This document shows positions 26,203 to 39,964 of a DNA stretch of 64,000 bases, piece after piece. Positions within the stretch are counted from its first letter, which is position 1. The number at the start of each line of letters is the position of its first letter. The notes below the pieces were generated by a model that was not told where the DNA came from, did no database searches, and saw nothing but the letters and a program-made list of their open reading frames with translations. Location: assembly GCA_951406725.2 (NCBI GenBank), contig OX597832.1:69688001-69752000 (forward strand), in the 5' to 3' direction. The stretch is from Octopus vulgaris. Taxonomy: Eukaryota. Position numbers and translations under genes: made by a program.

Positions 26203-26231
26203 GTCTTTATGTTTCGTTGTCAACTTTTAAA
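26203..26231 (+). other. Candidate 29-nt microexon
   Basis: Branch point TGACTAAC (26163-26170), pyrimidine tract, tttttttcag|G acceptor, AAA|gtgagt donor; two frames open (GLYVSLSTFK or VFMFRCQLL). Confidence 0.5.
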
Positions 26232-26339
26232 GTGAGTGTTATTTACACACCACAACATACACAACCATACACACACGCGCACTCACACACACGCATGAAC
26301 ATATTAATGTTTGCTTCTTTATGTCGAGGTATAATCATT

Positions 26340-26745
26340 TCTACTGGAAGCACAAGGCTTCACATTTGGAGGAAAGGATTAAGTCAATTACATCGACTCC
26401 AGTGCCTAGCTGGTACTAATTTAGTTGACCCCGAAAGGGTGAAAGGCAAAGTCAACCTCATCGGAATTTGAACTCAGAACGTAGCGGCAGACGAAATACC
26501 TATTTCTTTACTACCCACAAGGGGCTAAACACAGAGAGGACAAACAAGGACAGACAAATGGATTAAGTCGATCATATCGACCCCACTGTGTAACTGGTAC
26601 TTATTTAATCGACCTCGAAAGGATGAAAGGCAAAGTCGACCTCGGCGGATTTTGAACTCAGAACGTAGCGACAGACGAGATACCTATTTCTTTACTACCC
26701 ACAAGGGGCTAAACACAGAGAGGACAAACAAGGACAGACAAACGG
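26340..26745 (-). repeat. SINE family B-derived tandem repeat, 184-bp period, ~2.2 units
   Basis: tacctatttctttactacccacaaggggctaaacacagagaggac at 26497 and 26681, each next to a SINE B core. Confidence 0.85.
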
Positions 26746-28952
26746 ATATATATATTTATATATATATATTTAATGTAATTTAGATTCAGTTGAACTAAGT
26801 AGTCTAATTGAGGTATCTTGTTAGGACGAACGTATTTTCTTGATTTCCAAATGTAAATTTGTGTGTGTTAACTACATCCCAAAGATGGAACCTCGTATCC
26901 TTGTTGGAGACCGGCTTCCTCCTCAGTGGATGATTTATAATAATCAAAACATAGAAGAGGCATTAATATATACATACATTAATATATATAGAAGAATTCT
27001 CATTTCTATCTATCATTAGGAGTTCATTAGGTTATGTGACAACAAATTTGCGCACAAACCTAGAAATACTTGGTTTCACAGAAAAACCGCAAGGGAAACT
27101 GATTCGGATTCCCCAAATCTAAATTATTAATGGTACAGTGAAAACTTGTTAGACATTCCAAAAATTCTCCATGTGAGATTCTTACGATAATACATGTAGA
27201 CACATTTGGATGTATGCATCGACAATTCAACGAACACGGGAACTACCTTAACTCAAAATGTCTTGTTGCTTTGTTAGCGGCCAGCTGGAACTTCCTCAAG
27301 AAGAACTTAAATCAAAGAAAACACGTGTGTGTGTGTGCGCACGCGTGTGTGTGTATTTGTGTCTGTGTATGTGTGTGCGTGTGTGTGAGTGTTTGTGTGT
27401 GTGTGCGTCTGTGCATGCATGTGTGGATATATTTAGATATGATTAGATGTGATACATGCTTTAGTATCTTACTCTCAGCTTCTTGTCAAATCCAAAGTAT
27501 GTTGGAAAGATACCTGTAAAATTAGTACAACATAGTCATTTGTTGATTTGTTATTGTTTTAGCAAACTATATATATTTTCCTATATACGTTTTCCTGTAT
27601 ACATCCTTAAATATGAAATGTGTAGGTTGTATAAATTCAAATAGAAATGAAGCTAATGGATTGCAGAGTCGGTGGAGCAACGCATAACAGCTTTTGCCAC
27701 CTATTAAATCTTTTTATACCCTAAGCTTGAAATCCACCCTGCTCAACTTCATCTTTCATTCTTGCCCAGTCTGCATGTACAAGAGTAGGGTGAAAGGAGC
27801 AATACTTATGCAGAAATATTCAAATTGATGGAATCTATTTCATCCTCGAGAGGATTGCAATCAACGTCAACACATCTAGCATCTCTTTTATAGTTTGCCT
27901 TCATTGTTGGCGATTCGCTGTGATAAAAATAGTGTTTGATGAACGACAACATCTTTCACATAGTGACAAAGTCAGAAGTCACGTGTTTGAATTTACTTCA
28001 GCCTTTACTTTTGTAGACATTGTTAAGTTTACCCCTATAGATTTTCTATAGAATTCGGAGCCAGCGCTGATTGTTTCGACGTTTCGTATTCGATTACGAA
28101 AAATAGAAAAAATCGGTAATGGGTGTATAACCATTATTGCTCTTTTATTAGCACCACGTCAAACCCATCAATTATATAAGAATGCATTACTTAAATATTC
28201 ACCGTTTAGCAGTGTAACACAACAGGATTGACCAATTAACGTATTAAACATATTTCTGGCAGCTGGTATGTAAGTATTAATTGTTATCAAGGATAAAATA
28301 TTTCGCTTTGCAACCATAATATACTGCCAAATGTATTAAAAATTTACAAATCAGCGTTGTGTATTAATCTTGTGTTAGCAGTGCGATATTTTCAATATAA
28401 GTTCATTTCTACAGATTTTCTATAGAACTCAGAGCCAGCATTGAAAGTTAATGATGTTAATTTGTTCGAAGATAGAAAACATAGGTAAGGATGTATATGC
28501 TTATTTAAAGAGTTAATGCTCTTTCATCAGTACCACATCTGACCCAATACTGACTTGTAACTTTACAATATACTTGTAGTATATCATGGTTGCAAAACAA
28601 AATGCTGTGTCCTTGCTAGGAAACAATTCTCTTGTAAAATTATTACCTATCCATATTAAATCAACCAGTTCATGGCATGTAGTGAATGTTGCGTATTTTC
28701 ATTCAATAAATAACTTAAAATTAAGGGTCAGACTAAGTCTTACATGGGCCTGAGTTTCCCTAGCTTCAATCTCTGAAACAACGTTACACTCTTAATAAGG
28801 GTGGATTTTGTGCCCCTCTAACTGAAATAAAGAAAAAAGCGTATAGCCCAGTTACGGCAAAGCAAAATAAAATCGGGAATTTAGAATTACAAGTTAAAAT
28901 ATTGACTATGATATAATTGGTTGAAAAATGCCAAAGGCACAAAACTGACGGG

Positions 28953-29155
28953 CGTATGGCGTGGCAGTGTGGTAAGAAGCTTGCTTCCCTACAACACAAG
29001 TTTTGAGTTCAGTTCCACTGCGTGGGACCTTGGATAAATGTCTTCTACTAGACGCAAAATAAAAGAAGCCCGTCGTATATATATATACACATACATAGAG
29101 AAAGAGAGAGAAACAGAGAGGTAGATAGATAGATAGACATACATACATACACACA

Positions 29156-29240
<85 letters not shown>

Positions 29241-29350
29241 GGTCTTCTTCCATACTGAATCCGAAGCTATAGTAAAAGAAATCCCGAGTTCTTCAGGTTG
29301 GTGCCCCAGCATGGTCTGCAGTATAATGACTGAAACCGGTTAAAGATAAA
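28953..29350 (+). mobile_element. SINE family A with expanded internal (CA)n
   Basis: Head gtggcagtgtggtaagaagcttgc...gagttcagttccactgcg; tail ggtgccccagcatgg...taaaagataaaaga. Confidence 0.8.
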
Positions 29351-29949
29351 AGATAAAAGACTAATGCTAAAGTTTATGAAGTGTGATGAACTACTTCGTG
29401 TATATGATTACGATGCAATGCTTGGGAATTTAATACAGGCGTAACATAAACACTTGCATTGGTTAGACGATCTTGCGTTAAGCAGAACTCACGCAATATA
29501 AACATATATTGATATATAAACAAATAGACACACATATAATCGTGTAGGTAGACATATATACACCCACACCCACCCACACACACACGTATATATGTATATC
29601 AAAGATTCTGCATTTGGGTATATGTGACAGACTGTGTGTATACTTATCCTATGTTCGCACGTGACTGACGTATATAAATTCGTCCATTCATCCTCCGGCA
29701 TTGAGAATTAATCTACTATAAAACTTAAACACACGCACTCACTGTCCCACACACAGACACATATACACACACACAGCACTGGCACACAGATGTTTACTGG
29801 TAGGTGACTACGATTTTCTGTTTTTTACATTGGAATTGCAAGCGGCTAAACAAACAATCATACACTAAACCGCACACACAGAAATTCACGCGCACGCACC
29901 CTCTCTGTCTCTATAATAGGCATACACACAGACACAGACACACACACAC

Positions 29950-29980
<31 letters not shown>

Positions 29981-30481
29981 GTGTGTATAAGTATGTATGT
30001 ATGTGTACATATAATCAATTCCTAGGCTGATGTCTTTGAGATGAAAGAACTGTTTGCATTATTTAGTGTAAAACGGTCGTAAAACTACGTTTATCTCAAT
30101 ATAGATTTCCACTTTATATGTTTACACACACGCACACACATATACATACATACATGCATAATTATACACATACACTTGTAAATGGTTAGATGCGCTAAAA
30201 ATACATACACTTATATATATATACTTATATACATACGCGTGCACACGCACATAAACACACACATACGCACACCAACACACACATACATGCATTCATTCTT
30301 GTATTTGTAGCTGCAAAGACACATTTCATTGAAAATTGTAAAGTACTTACAAATATAACTGCACACGCGCGTGCACACGGGGAGAGAGAGGGGGGGATAT
30401 ATATACGTGTATACTCATTTATATATATATGAATTTGTAAAGAAACATATCTATATCTGATTGTTTAAAAACTTGTATTGG

Positions 30482-30553
<72 letters not shown>

Positions 30554-30766
30554 CATATATATATATATGTATGTGTATATATATTGATATGTGCGTGTAT
30601 GTATGTTTGTATGTATATGTGATGGTGCAATAGAAGAATATATTTGCAAATACTGAAAATATTTTAAATATTTCACAGCAATTCGAATAGAAAATAATAC
30701 AATGTGTAATGGAGTATAAACTGTTTGAAACTACAACTGTTGCTGCTGCTGTTTCTACTATTACTG

Positions 30767-30820
<54 letters not shown>

Positions 30821-30849
30821 ATACTATCATTAATAATAATAGTAATTCC

Positions 30850-31052
30850 TTCTACTAAAGGCACAAGCCTTGGAATTTATGGGGAGGAGGATGGTCGATT
30901 ACAGCGGCACCATTACTTGACTGGTACTTAATTTATTGACCCCGAAAGAATGAATAATAAAGTCGACTTTGACGGAATTTGAACGTAAAGACGGTCGAAA
31001 TGCCACTAAGCATTTTGTCCAGCATGATAATGATTCTTCCAGCTCACCGGCT
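30850..31052 (-). mobile_element. SINE family B
   Basis: Reverse complement of the B consensus (ggtacttaatttattgaccccgaaag...gtcgactttgacggaatttgaac). Confidence 0.8.
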
Positions 31053-31089
31053 TGATAATAATAATAACAATAATAATAATATTAATAAT

Positions 31090-31620
31090 ACTTTCTCTAT
31101 TGTCCACAAGGACACACAGAAATACGACATTACAGAAAACAAACAAGGGACGGTGGGTTTTAGACGATTCGTTAAACAGCAAATAAGCAACAAAACAATT
31201 AACAATAGAATTCAAACAATTAAATTAGCCAGTTGGGGTGGGGATCCAGCCAGGGGCTAGCAAGGAATACCCCCACACACCTACACAATGGCCGCTCCGA
31301 TCACGTAGAGCGCCTCAGGCAAGCACCCCTCTCCTCTTCGCCGTCTCCAGCTTACAAGCGCATACTTAGTGTAGGCTCATTCACACAGGCCATCCGCGTC
31401 ACATTCACCCTTCTTCGAAAGAACTTACTGGGCGACAGCACATCTCACTGCAGCCTCACCTTCCTTTTCAAATGGAACCTGAAAAACATAGTAAGTCCTT
31501 GGCTGAAGGGGAGCGCCTGTCTTCGATCCTTTCAGACGTGACTACCACACAACCTCTTTCGCAATAGCCACTGGACAGAGAAAAACTGCCTGTCCTTCAC
31601 GGCCAAAGGAAGGTGGCGTG
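31090..31620 (-). mobile_element. Tx1/L1-clade LINE 3' end, same family as 36460-37720
   Basis: Minus strand FFRFHLKRKVRL...SPSKFFRRRVNVTRMACVNEPTLSMRL aligns with the C-terminus of the 37 kb copy; similar 3'UTR (aaaacccaccgtccc), followed by (TAT)n. Confidence 0.8.
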
Positions 31621-31659
31621 GCGATCTTCACGATAATGATAATAATAGTAATAATTTTG

Positions 31660-31845
31660 ACTCAAGGTCAGAATTTTGGAGAAAGGATTAAGTCGATTGC
31701 ATCAACCCCAGCGTTCAATTGGTACTTATTTTATCGACTCCGAAAAATGAAAGGCAAAGTTGAATTTGAACTCAGAAATCAAAGACAGACGAAATATCGC
31801 TAAGCCTTTTGTCCGGTGAGCTAACGATTCTGCCAGTTCACCGCT
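31660..31845 (-). mobile_element. SINE family B
   Basis: ggtacttattttatcgactccgaaaaatgaaaggcaaagt...gctaacgattctgccagttc. Confidence 0.8.
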
Positions 31846-32807
31846 TTCATTGCCTTAATATCAATAACAATAATAATAGAAATTTTATGTTAGTGTGAGA
31901 CTTCCTACAATTTGTGAACTAAATGTAGATTGGTTAAATGATAAATATATTTTATGGCATCAACATTTTCTTACTCATAGAAATGTGGCTAAACAAAAGG
32001 TAGGAGTCTATCGCTCCCAGCTGTTGGATGGATATTCACCTCACTGAGTTCATCCACCATTTCACAGATTTTGCTTTTAATCATGTAGGGTGTGCAAGGA
32101 AAATTACCCTATTCACATGGTAGTACTCTACTGGTTGAAGACTGGATGGCCCGACCATGCAACAAGCTGTACTGCACTTGTATCGATTTGCACGAAGTGA
32201 CGCTATTGCAGAAGACACTTGACCAACTCGCCAGGCATGGATTGAACCCGAAAACATCATTGCGAAGCGAGCTTCACCACAAAGACATGTCTGTACATAT
32301 GGCAAATAAATAGAAAATTGTAATAATAAAAAGTATAAACCAGTCTTGTAAGTTACCGTTTATATGGCTAGAAACGGAAACAAAGTGTTTACAAAGTTCT
32401 TCAATAAAACGTCACAAAGTTCAATGAACCCAACTCGGGGAATATGGCGTGATATTTCCTTTTAGCGTTTAACAGATTCATGTAGTTTTATAGATGAAGG
32501 CTGACATCAATGAAAGCTCTTAATGTGGCAACAGCTTTTGCATTGGTCGTCAACATGCTATAAATATTTTGTTTTGTAAATTTGAAATATGATATAAAAA
32601 TGCATAAGGTTATATTGCGTTATGAATTGAGGCAAAATGTAAAGCTACAATATAATAAAACCTATAATGTTACATGACCTGTTAAATATGCATGCTTTCA
32701 TCTATCTATTCACCTTTATATATAAATATATATATATGAGTGTGTGTGATGTGTACATATGTATGTATATGTGTATGTGCATGCGTGTGTGTGCGCGTGT
32801 GTGTGTA

Positions 32808-32856
<49 letters not shown>

Positions 32857-34580
32857 GTATATATATATGTATATATATACATATATATATACATATACAT
32901 ACATACGCACTCTCTCATACACATGTATGTATGTATGTTTGTGTAGGCAAACACAGCTGTATCATATCAAACAGTATTCCTTCCTCTAGTGGTTGCGTCC
33001 CAATTGTCAAACAGAAATTTAGATTAAATTCATATGAAAAGTTGAGATAATCTCAAAAATGAAAAATTCAGCAAAGTTGGTATGCCATTAAAGGAGTCGA
33101 GAATGTTCCTTATCTTGAGATAAGCAGTCAGTTATAACAAGAACTTCTGCCTCAATAGACGACATCAACACGACAGTTTTACTCGTCAGTAACTAGTAAC
33201 CCTCTTTAATGTCACGTCAGTTTTGGAGAATACTTAATGCTTAGGATTATCTCCCCTTCTCAAATGGAGCTGGCCACAAGCACCATTTGGTAATTGTCGC
33301 ACATCCTCTTGAATCGGTGAATGTTTTAATAAAACAGGAATTTCTGATGTATGTGATGAATTAGGTACAAATAATAAATTTCTAGACAGTTGTGATAAAT
33401 CTGAAATTACCGAAACATTTGACGTTTATATTCCTGTTCATATTCCTACTTTCTTTCATTTACAAATATATCTTAGTGGTAATACTCTCGTTTGAAGTTT
33501 GTTCGCTACAGACGTTTTTTAATTGCCAGAAAATATATCTATTTAAATTTTAATATACTTAAAATTACCCCATTTTTCAGGAACAATATCTTTTAGAAAT
33601 TTTGTTAATCTTGTTAATAAACATATCCGTTGAAATTTCTTCAAAATTGTCCACCTTAAGCTACAAAATACTAAATGAAATAATTAATTTAAGACAGTTG
33701 CCCCCTATTCTAAAAGATAAGAATAATTTTTTTTTGAATGTTTAAAATTCAGTGTCAAAATTTGAAGCCAATATATAAAATTTTGTCACTTTCATCGGCA
33801 ATTAAAAATGTTCAATGCATTAAATTTCCTCTGAATTACTCAATTTAGGCATCCGAAATATTCCACATTAGTTCATTGACGAAATTCTTGCCGTACATAT
33901 TTGAACAATTTTATTTGATTTTGAAGATATTTTTTTTACGACCATTGAGAAAATTCTTCCTATTTTCTTTTAATTTATGCCTCGAAAAACATCAGAATGC
34001 AACCACCCAAACCGTGAAGAAATTGTCCATTTAAGGAAATCTGTGCCTTTTAGATTAGTAAATTTTCAAACCACGTTTTCCTTTTAAAATAACAAATGGC
34101 AAGGTTTGCTTGATTTCATCCGACCAATAAAATATCAAATGTTTTCAAAATTAGCTGATTTAACCATCGAAATTAAACTGAAACAGTTTACACGATGAAA
34201 TTCGGCTACACAACAGAAATTCTTAAAAAAATGAATACATAAATATATATTTAAAAATTCAGTTTCTAATTCAACTTGCCGATATATGGTGAAATTGCTT
34301 GCTGAGTGACATTGAAGCAGATCAGCCTACGCAAAAGAAATACATCATCATCGAATACACATAATCAATGAAAGGCGTTCAGTTTTTTCATATCTTCTAT
34401 AATATTATTTTACACGTTCCTGATTCCTTGTCTGTTTCGTCCAAATGCCACGCTTACGCTGAGAGTGGGGGGATCACTAAAATGGAGAAATATACATAGA
34501 GAGTGAAGTGAGAGAAAGGGAGAAAAGGAAGAAACGGAAATAGTGGAATCAGTGAAAAAACTAGAAAAGGAAAATACGAA

Positions 34581-34640
<60 letters not shown>

Positions 34641-35185
34641 TTAAATTGCTTCGGGTTTTGTATTTCTGTTTGTCACTGTATGTTACAAACAGTTTGAACA
34701 GATCTATTTCTAACGTAGAATGTTTGTATCTAATTCAGTTAGGAAGCTCATGCTTTTTTCGTCTGGACTCATCATAATCGAATGACAAATAAACATAGTA
34801 AATAGTAAATTTAATTAAAATGAATAAGTGGTATCTTTTTAATTAATCTTTCTTCCGAATATAAAGCATATCATATCTGTCAACCGTACTACAAGGAGAT
34901 AAAAACAAAGCCCTACTTTCGAAATTCATTACATTTATATTTAAAACACTGTTTTAATTAAATCGCAGGATATAACAGGAATTTTTTTTCAAACACCTTT
35001 TACTTGTGTTTAATATATTAGCACAATATTTTGAAAGGTGCTCGGATATACACTGGTATTTCCATGGGTCCTCCTAGCATTCCTCTTACTTTAGATACCG
35101 AGAACAGTTATGTACGGTAAAAGGACCCATTTAGATATGAGAAAATATAGACAGTCATATATGTTTCTGAGTGCACGCGCGCGTA

Positions 35186-35239
<54 letters not shown>

Positions 35240-35316
35240 CGTGTGTGTTTGTCTGAGAGAATCTGTGTGTATGTCTGCATGTTTGTGTATATACATATAT
35301 ATACGTATATACACAA

Positions 35317-35397
<81 letters not shown>

Positions 35398-35960
35398 CAT
35401 CGCACAAAAACACACACACACATACACATAGCGATTTGCACATGTGTTTATGCATGTGTTTTACTTGCGCAAGTTTAATTGTTAAAATAAAAACAGGCGC
35501 GTACATACACTCTCATATGTATGTATGCGTGGGTGTGTGGGGGTGTGTATTAATGCTTACATTATATGAACGGTGTAACATGAAGATAGAATACCCTATA
35601 TACGATAATTAGGAAGATATAGATGGTTAAATGAATTCATACATGACCAAATGGCTTTTTAACTCTGGCCATAAATGTATATTTAACTACATATTCATTC
35701 GGTTACAAGTGGAGAGACACGATTTAATAGAAATTTTCATTGCATCAAACGACATGTTTTCGCACTGATACTTCTTTTATATGCATATATGTACTGCAAT
35801 ATGTACACATACAATAATGTTACTTACACAGATACATATATACACACATACATACATGTATGTAAGTATGTATTTTTATATGTTTGTGTGTGTGTGTATA
35901 TACATATACATATATATTCATATATGTATATATATATATGTGTGTGTGTATATACACACG

Positions 35961-36002
<42 letters not shown>

Positions 36003-36459
36003 CATACACACGAGTGAGTGGGCAAAATAAAGTGGTACTCCATATCGCTCATATTTCACGGGAGTTGCATATATTATTATATAATAGTTTGATTCTGCTC
36101 GTTTTGGCTTATGGTTCTCTGAGGTCGCACCACGAACTGATTTTACCATTCATCTAGAAAAAGGAATAATAGGATCTGAGGCATATTCAAGATGGGATTC
36201 TCGTCCATCCGTCAGTTCAGATCACGTACTAATGTGGAGTCAACATTTGTTCTTTTCAATATTCTTCAGCCCATCTGATCGGTGATGATGTTGACAGGGA
36301 GCTGACGTATCCGTGATGGCAAGCTGCAATATGGTGTCTTTAGCGACATCGATTCATTATATTTGACATCATGGTTGTTGTCACCGGTTATTAAACTAGC
36401 TTGGGCAATGAAAATTACCCTCTTTACATGGGCAACCCGCTCGAACGTGGAAAGGTTGG

Positions 36460-37720
36460 GTTGGCTTATGGGCACATAACCGTGATGGTGTCGGACACCT
36501 CAGAAATTGAGGTGGTCGGTTCGTCATTGGAGGAATATGAAAAGTTGACGGAAAAAAAAATTTAAACTGGAAAAGTCGGTGAACTTGGAGCCCGGCACCT
36601 CGTTTGACAAATCCATGCCGTCCAACAACGGCGTTGGGCGCTGGAAAAATGGAGCGGTAAAGCCGCTTGGGGTTGGGTTCTGACCAGAACACCAGGTGGA
36701 TAAAAACTGGGACGAGGTGACGAGCAGAGAGCAGATTAACCAGTCTCATCCAGAAATGGGTTGCGAGGAAACTATCACTGAAATACCGTGCTGAGGTGGC
36801 GTCCGTCATCTACTACCGACTGACCGTCGTACCTTGCCACCGTTCGCGCCTAACCTCTATAGAGGGTTAATGATGAGAAAGTGCGATGACGTACTCTGAG
36901 ATGTTTTGGGCGTCGATAAAATCGAACAGACCAGTCTGTTCCGGAGGAATCTTGAGCCGGGGACGATGGATAACTTCCAGAAATCCCTCGCTTGTTAGTG
37001 CTACCGGGGGGACATTGCCGGTTCGAGATAAAACCTACAGGCACAGATGTGCTGTCAGACGGACCTGCCCAAGATGCTCGCAGAACGACGAAGCGGTTCT
37101 GCATGTAGTCGTCCAGTTTGTGTGCATTACTAGCTTGTGGAGTTATGTCGAATAGCTGTTGTCGCGTGTAGCATGGATCAGGCTATCAGCCGAGCCCATA
37201 ATGAAGATCAACCGCCGCCTTCCTTTAATCAGGGAGGGCAGGCCAATTTTCCTGTTTGGTGGCAGTAGCCAAAGGGGTTGTGTGGTGAACCAGGTTGAAA
37301 GGAATGAAGAGAGACACTTTTCTCTTCAGCCAATCCCTCATCAACTTTTTCAAATTTCACTAGGAAAGGAAGATGTGGGTAGAGAGAGAAGTGATGCCCC
37401 CAGTACATTTGCTGAAAGGAGGGTGAATGTAGCGAAAATGGCCCTTGTGAGTGGATCTACTCTAATAATGCACCTGTAGGCTGGTGAATTTGATGAGGAG
37501 AAAGATATCCTTCCCGAGTAACCTCGAAGCATCAATTGGTTCAGGATTGGTGGGATATCTGAATCAACCCTGGGTGGGGAATTTTCATTGTTATATTTTT
37601 CTCGGTTAATGTGTATTGTTATTGTTTTCTAAATTGTTTACTCGTTGTTTTCGTAAAACCCCACTGTCCCCGTAACTGTATTGTCCCCCATATGTCGGCC
37701 CTGGTGGCCAATAAATGAAA
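36460..37720 (+). mobile_element. Tx1/L1-clade LINE 3' portion, internally deleted and frameshifted
   Basis: Degenerate RT end (AYGHITVMVSD...LEEYEKLT), KNWDEV, QKWVARKLSLKYRAEVASVIYYRLTVVPC, zinc knuckle LPVRDK...TCPRCSQNDEAVLH, C-terminus RRVNVAKMALVSGSTLIMHL; 3'UTR ends AATAAATGAAA plus (CAT/TAT)n. Confidence 0.85.
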
Positions 37721-37739
37721 TCATCATTATCATTATTAT

Positions 37740-38072
37740 TTCTCTTTATCACAGGTTTTGTTGGTGTTCCTGGAGACTTGCATGCGTAGCAAGCTAGCTA
37801 CCTGAAGCCTACGGTACCACGCTATCCGTTCTGTTCAGCTATCTAATACCTTCCTGATAATTCTGGCCATGCTAAGGAGGCACACCTTTTGTAACAGCTC
37901 TACTGTGCACTCTATTCCAATTTCCTTTATATTCCTCTTGATGCCATCTGACACAGATCCCAAAGATCCAACAATAATTGGCACTATCTTCACCTTCTTC
38001 ATTTTCCATAGCCGGGCTATTTCGTACTTAAGAGGGTTGCATTTATCTATCTTTAAGCCTTCCTTTTTCAGG
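37740..38072 (-). mobile_element. R4/Dong-type non-LTR retrotransposon 3' end (restriction-like endonuclease C-terminus plus 3'UTR)
   Basis: Minus translation KIDKCNPLKYEIARLWKMKKVKIVPIIVGSLGSVSDGIKRNIKEIGIECTVELLQKVCLLSMARIIRKVLDS; embedded in (TAA)n, the Dong-type target. Confidence 0.88.
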
Positions 38073-38094
38073 AGGAGAGGAGTACCCTTCCTTT

Positions 38095-38095
38095 A

Positions 38096-38144
<49 letters not shown>

Positions 38145-38146
38145 CA

Positions 38147-38205
<59 letters not shown>

Positions 38206-38255
38206 GTTGTTGTTGTCATTATTATTATTATTACTAATATTATTCATAATTATTA
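38095..38255. repeat. (TAT)n microsatellite
   Basis: Direct reading. Confidence 0.95.
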
Positions 38256-38759
38256 TTGTAATGTATTTCGTATACTATAATGAAGACATGAAATATGGTA
38301 TTAAAAATGTACCAAATTACCCATTCTTTGTTTTGACATGCTTAGTCAGCAACTATTATGGTTCACCAGAACTTTCAACAGCTTTCTGATTGAGAATAAA
38401 ATAATCTGCATACGAACATTTGTTTACTGGAATGATTTTCACGAGAACAAAGCTTCGATTATATATTCTGCAGCGACTGTTTAACACACGTTTTTTTTTC
38501 TTCTCTTCATTCTTTTGTTTCTCCTCGTCAATCATTCCTGTTGAAACGCGTAGGCAGCAATCATTAATGACTCGTTCCAGTTTTTCTGAGCTTCAAACTA
38601 ATACACACACTTTGTTAATATGCCTCTTCTTCGTGATTTTTTGTACCATATACAGATACAGGCGCACGCGTACACACACACTCACACACACTCACACACA
38701 CTCACAAACACACACACACACACACACATACACACACAAACATCGTGTATAGATTCCTG

Positions 38760-39210
38760 CTCTGTTCGTGACATTTCTGAAGTCGGCGTGCAGCAAAGAC
38801 CATGTCAACTGTTCCATGGCCATCTCTGAAGCCATACTGACTCTCTGCCCGATGGCCGCCTACCATGTCCTGAGCGAAGACATTAAAGAGGACATTTGTG
38901 AGTATTTCGTCGGCGAGCCAGGGATTGGCAACCTATGCATGTGAACAGTAGACCCGGCGGACGATGCGCAGGAAACCACCAAACTGATGCAAAGGGCAGG
39001 AATGCGAAGCAGCAAGCATTATGTAGCGTGGACAGGGCACAGTGTCTCACCAAGGATACGATGGCCACCCGCTACATCTCGAATTATCTCTAGTTCTGTT
39101 GACCTCATCCAATAACTGGAATCAGACAGGATGGGTGTAGAGAGCGAGGCAGATGACATTGCACAACCATCCGCTTAAATTCATGTCACGCACAAGTCAA
39201 GGCATCAAAC
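38760..39210. repeat. GC-richer island, possibly the 5' region of an RTE-type LINE
   Basis: Abrupt GC/CpG increase between CA tracts, no credible ORF; RTE assignment is a tentative resemblance only. Confidence 0.3.
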
Positions 39211-39417
39211 ATACACACACAGAAATTCATGCATGTGTGTGTGTAATAGAAAACGATACACTATAAACTTTGAATTTCAATACAGGGAATATATTTCTGC
39301 TGTATTTAGAATGCTTTATATAATTTCTTTGAATAAATAACCTTGTGATATATGTGTATGTATTAATGTAGATAAGCAATTCAATACTATAAACGTATGC
39401 TTGAATGTATACCCGAC

Positions 39418-39576
39418 CTTCTTCATTGCCCATCATCATGTCAACGAACGTTGTGATCTTTAGTCACAGTTCTTCTTTTGCCTTGGAAGTTTCCTGCAAC
39501 AGTTCAAAAGTGGTGTCCTTCTTTTGGTGATATTTATAGATCACCATCATGTGAGTTACTCAGAATTGTCAGACAT
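39418..39576 (-). other. Candidate non-coding exon on minus strand
   Basis: ~70-nt pyrimidine tract ending ctccttacag; possible GAAG|gtcggg donor; stops in all frames. Confidence 0.3.
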
Positions 39577-39785
39577 CTGTAAGGAGAAATAGAGAAGGAG
39601 AACAAAATGTGGAGAAATAGAAGAAGAAAGTGAAGAAGAATGAAAGAAGAATTTATGCTAGAGCTTTGTAGACCTCCACACGTGTCCACAATGCAATTTA
39701 AACTCAGAGAACCGGAAGACTATCACAAGATATTTCTATCCAACTTCATATTGGCCCTACCTTTCCACTGCTTATGAATTGACGA

Positions 39786-39964
<179 letters not shown>

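Noticed and set aside
26915-26960. Three-way junction-like fold (cctcctc/gaagagg, tgatt/aatca)
   Set aside because: Neither catalytic core strand matches the hammerhead consensus; at best a very decayed copy.
28051-28484. Duplicated 'NSEPAL' exons with apparently synonymous changes
   Set aside because: Half of these changes are CpG-decay transitions, the frames diverge, and the inverted repeat and hammerhead-like motif better fit mobile-element debris.
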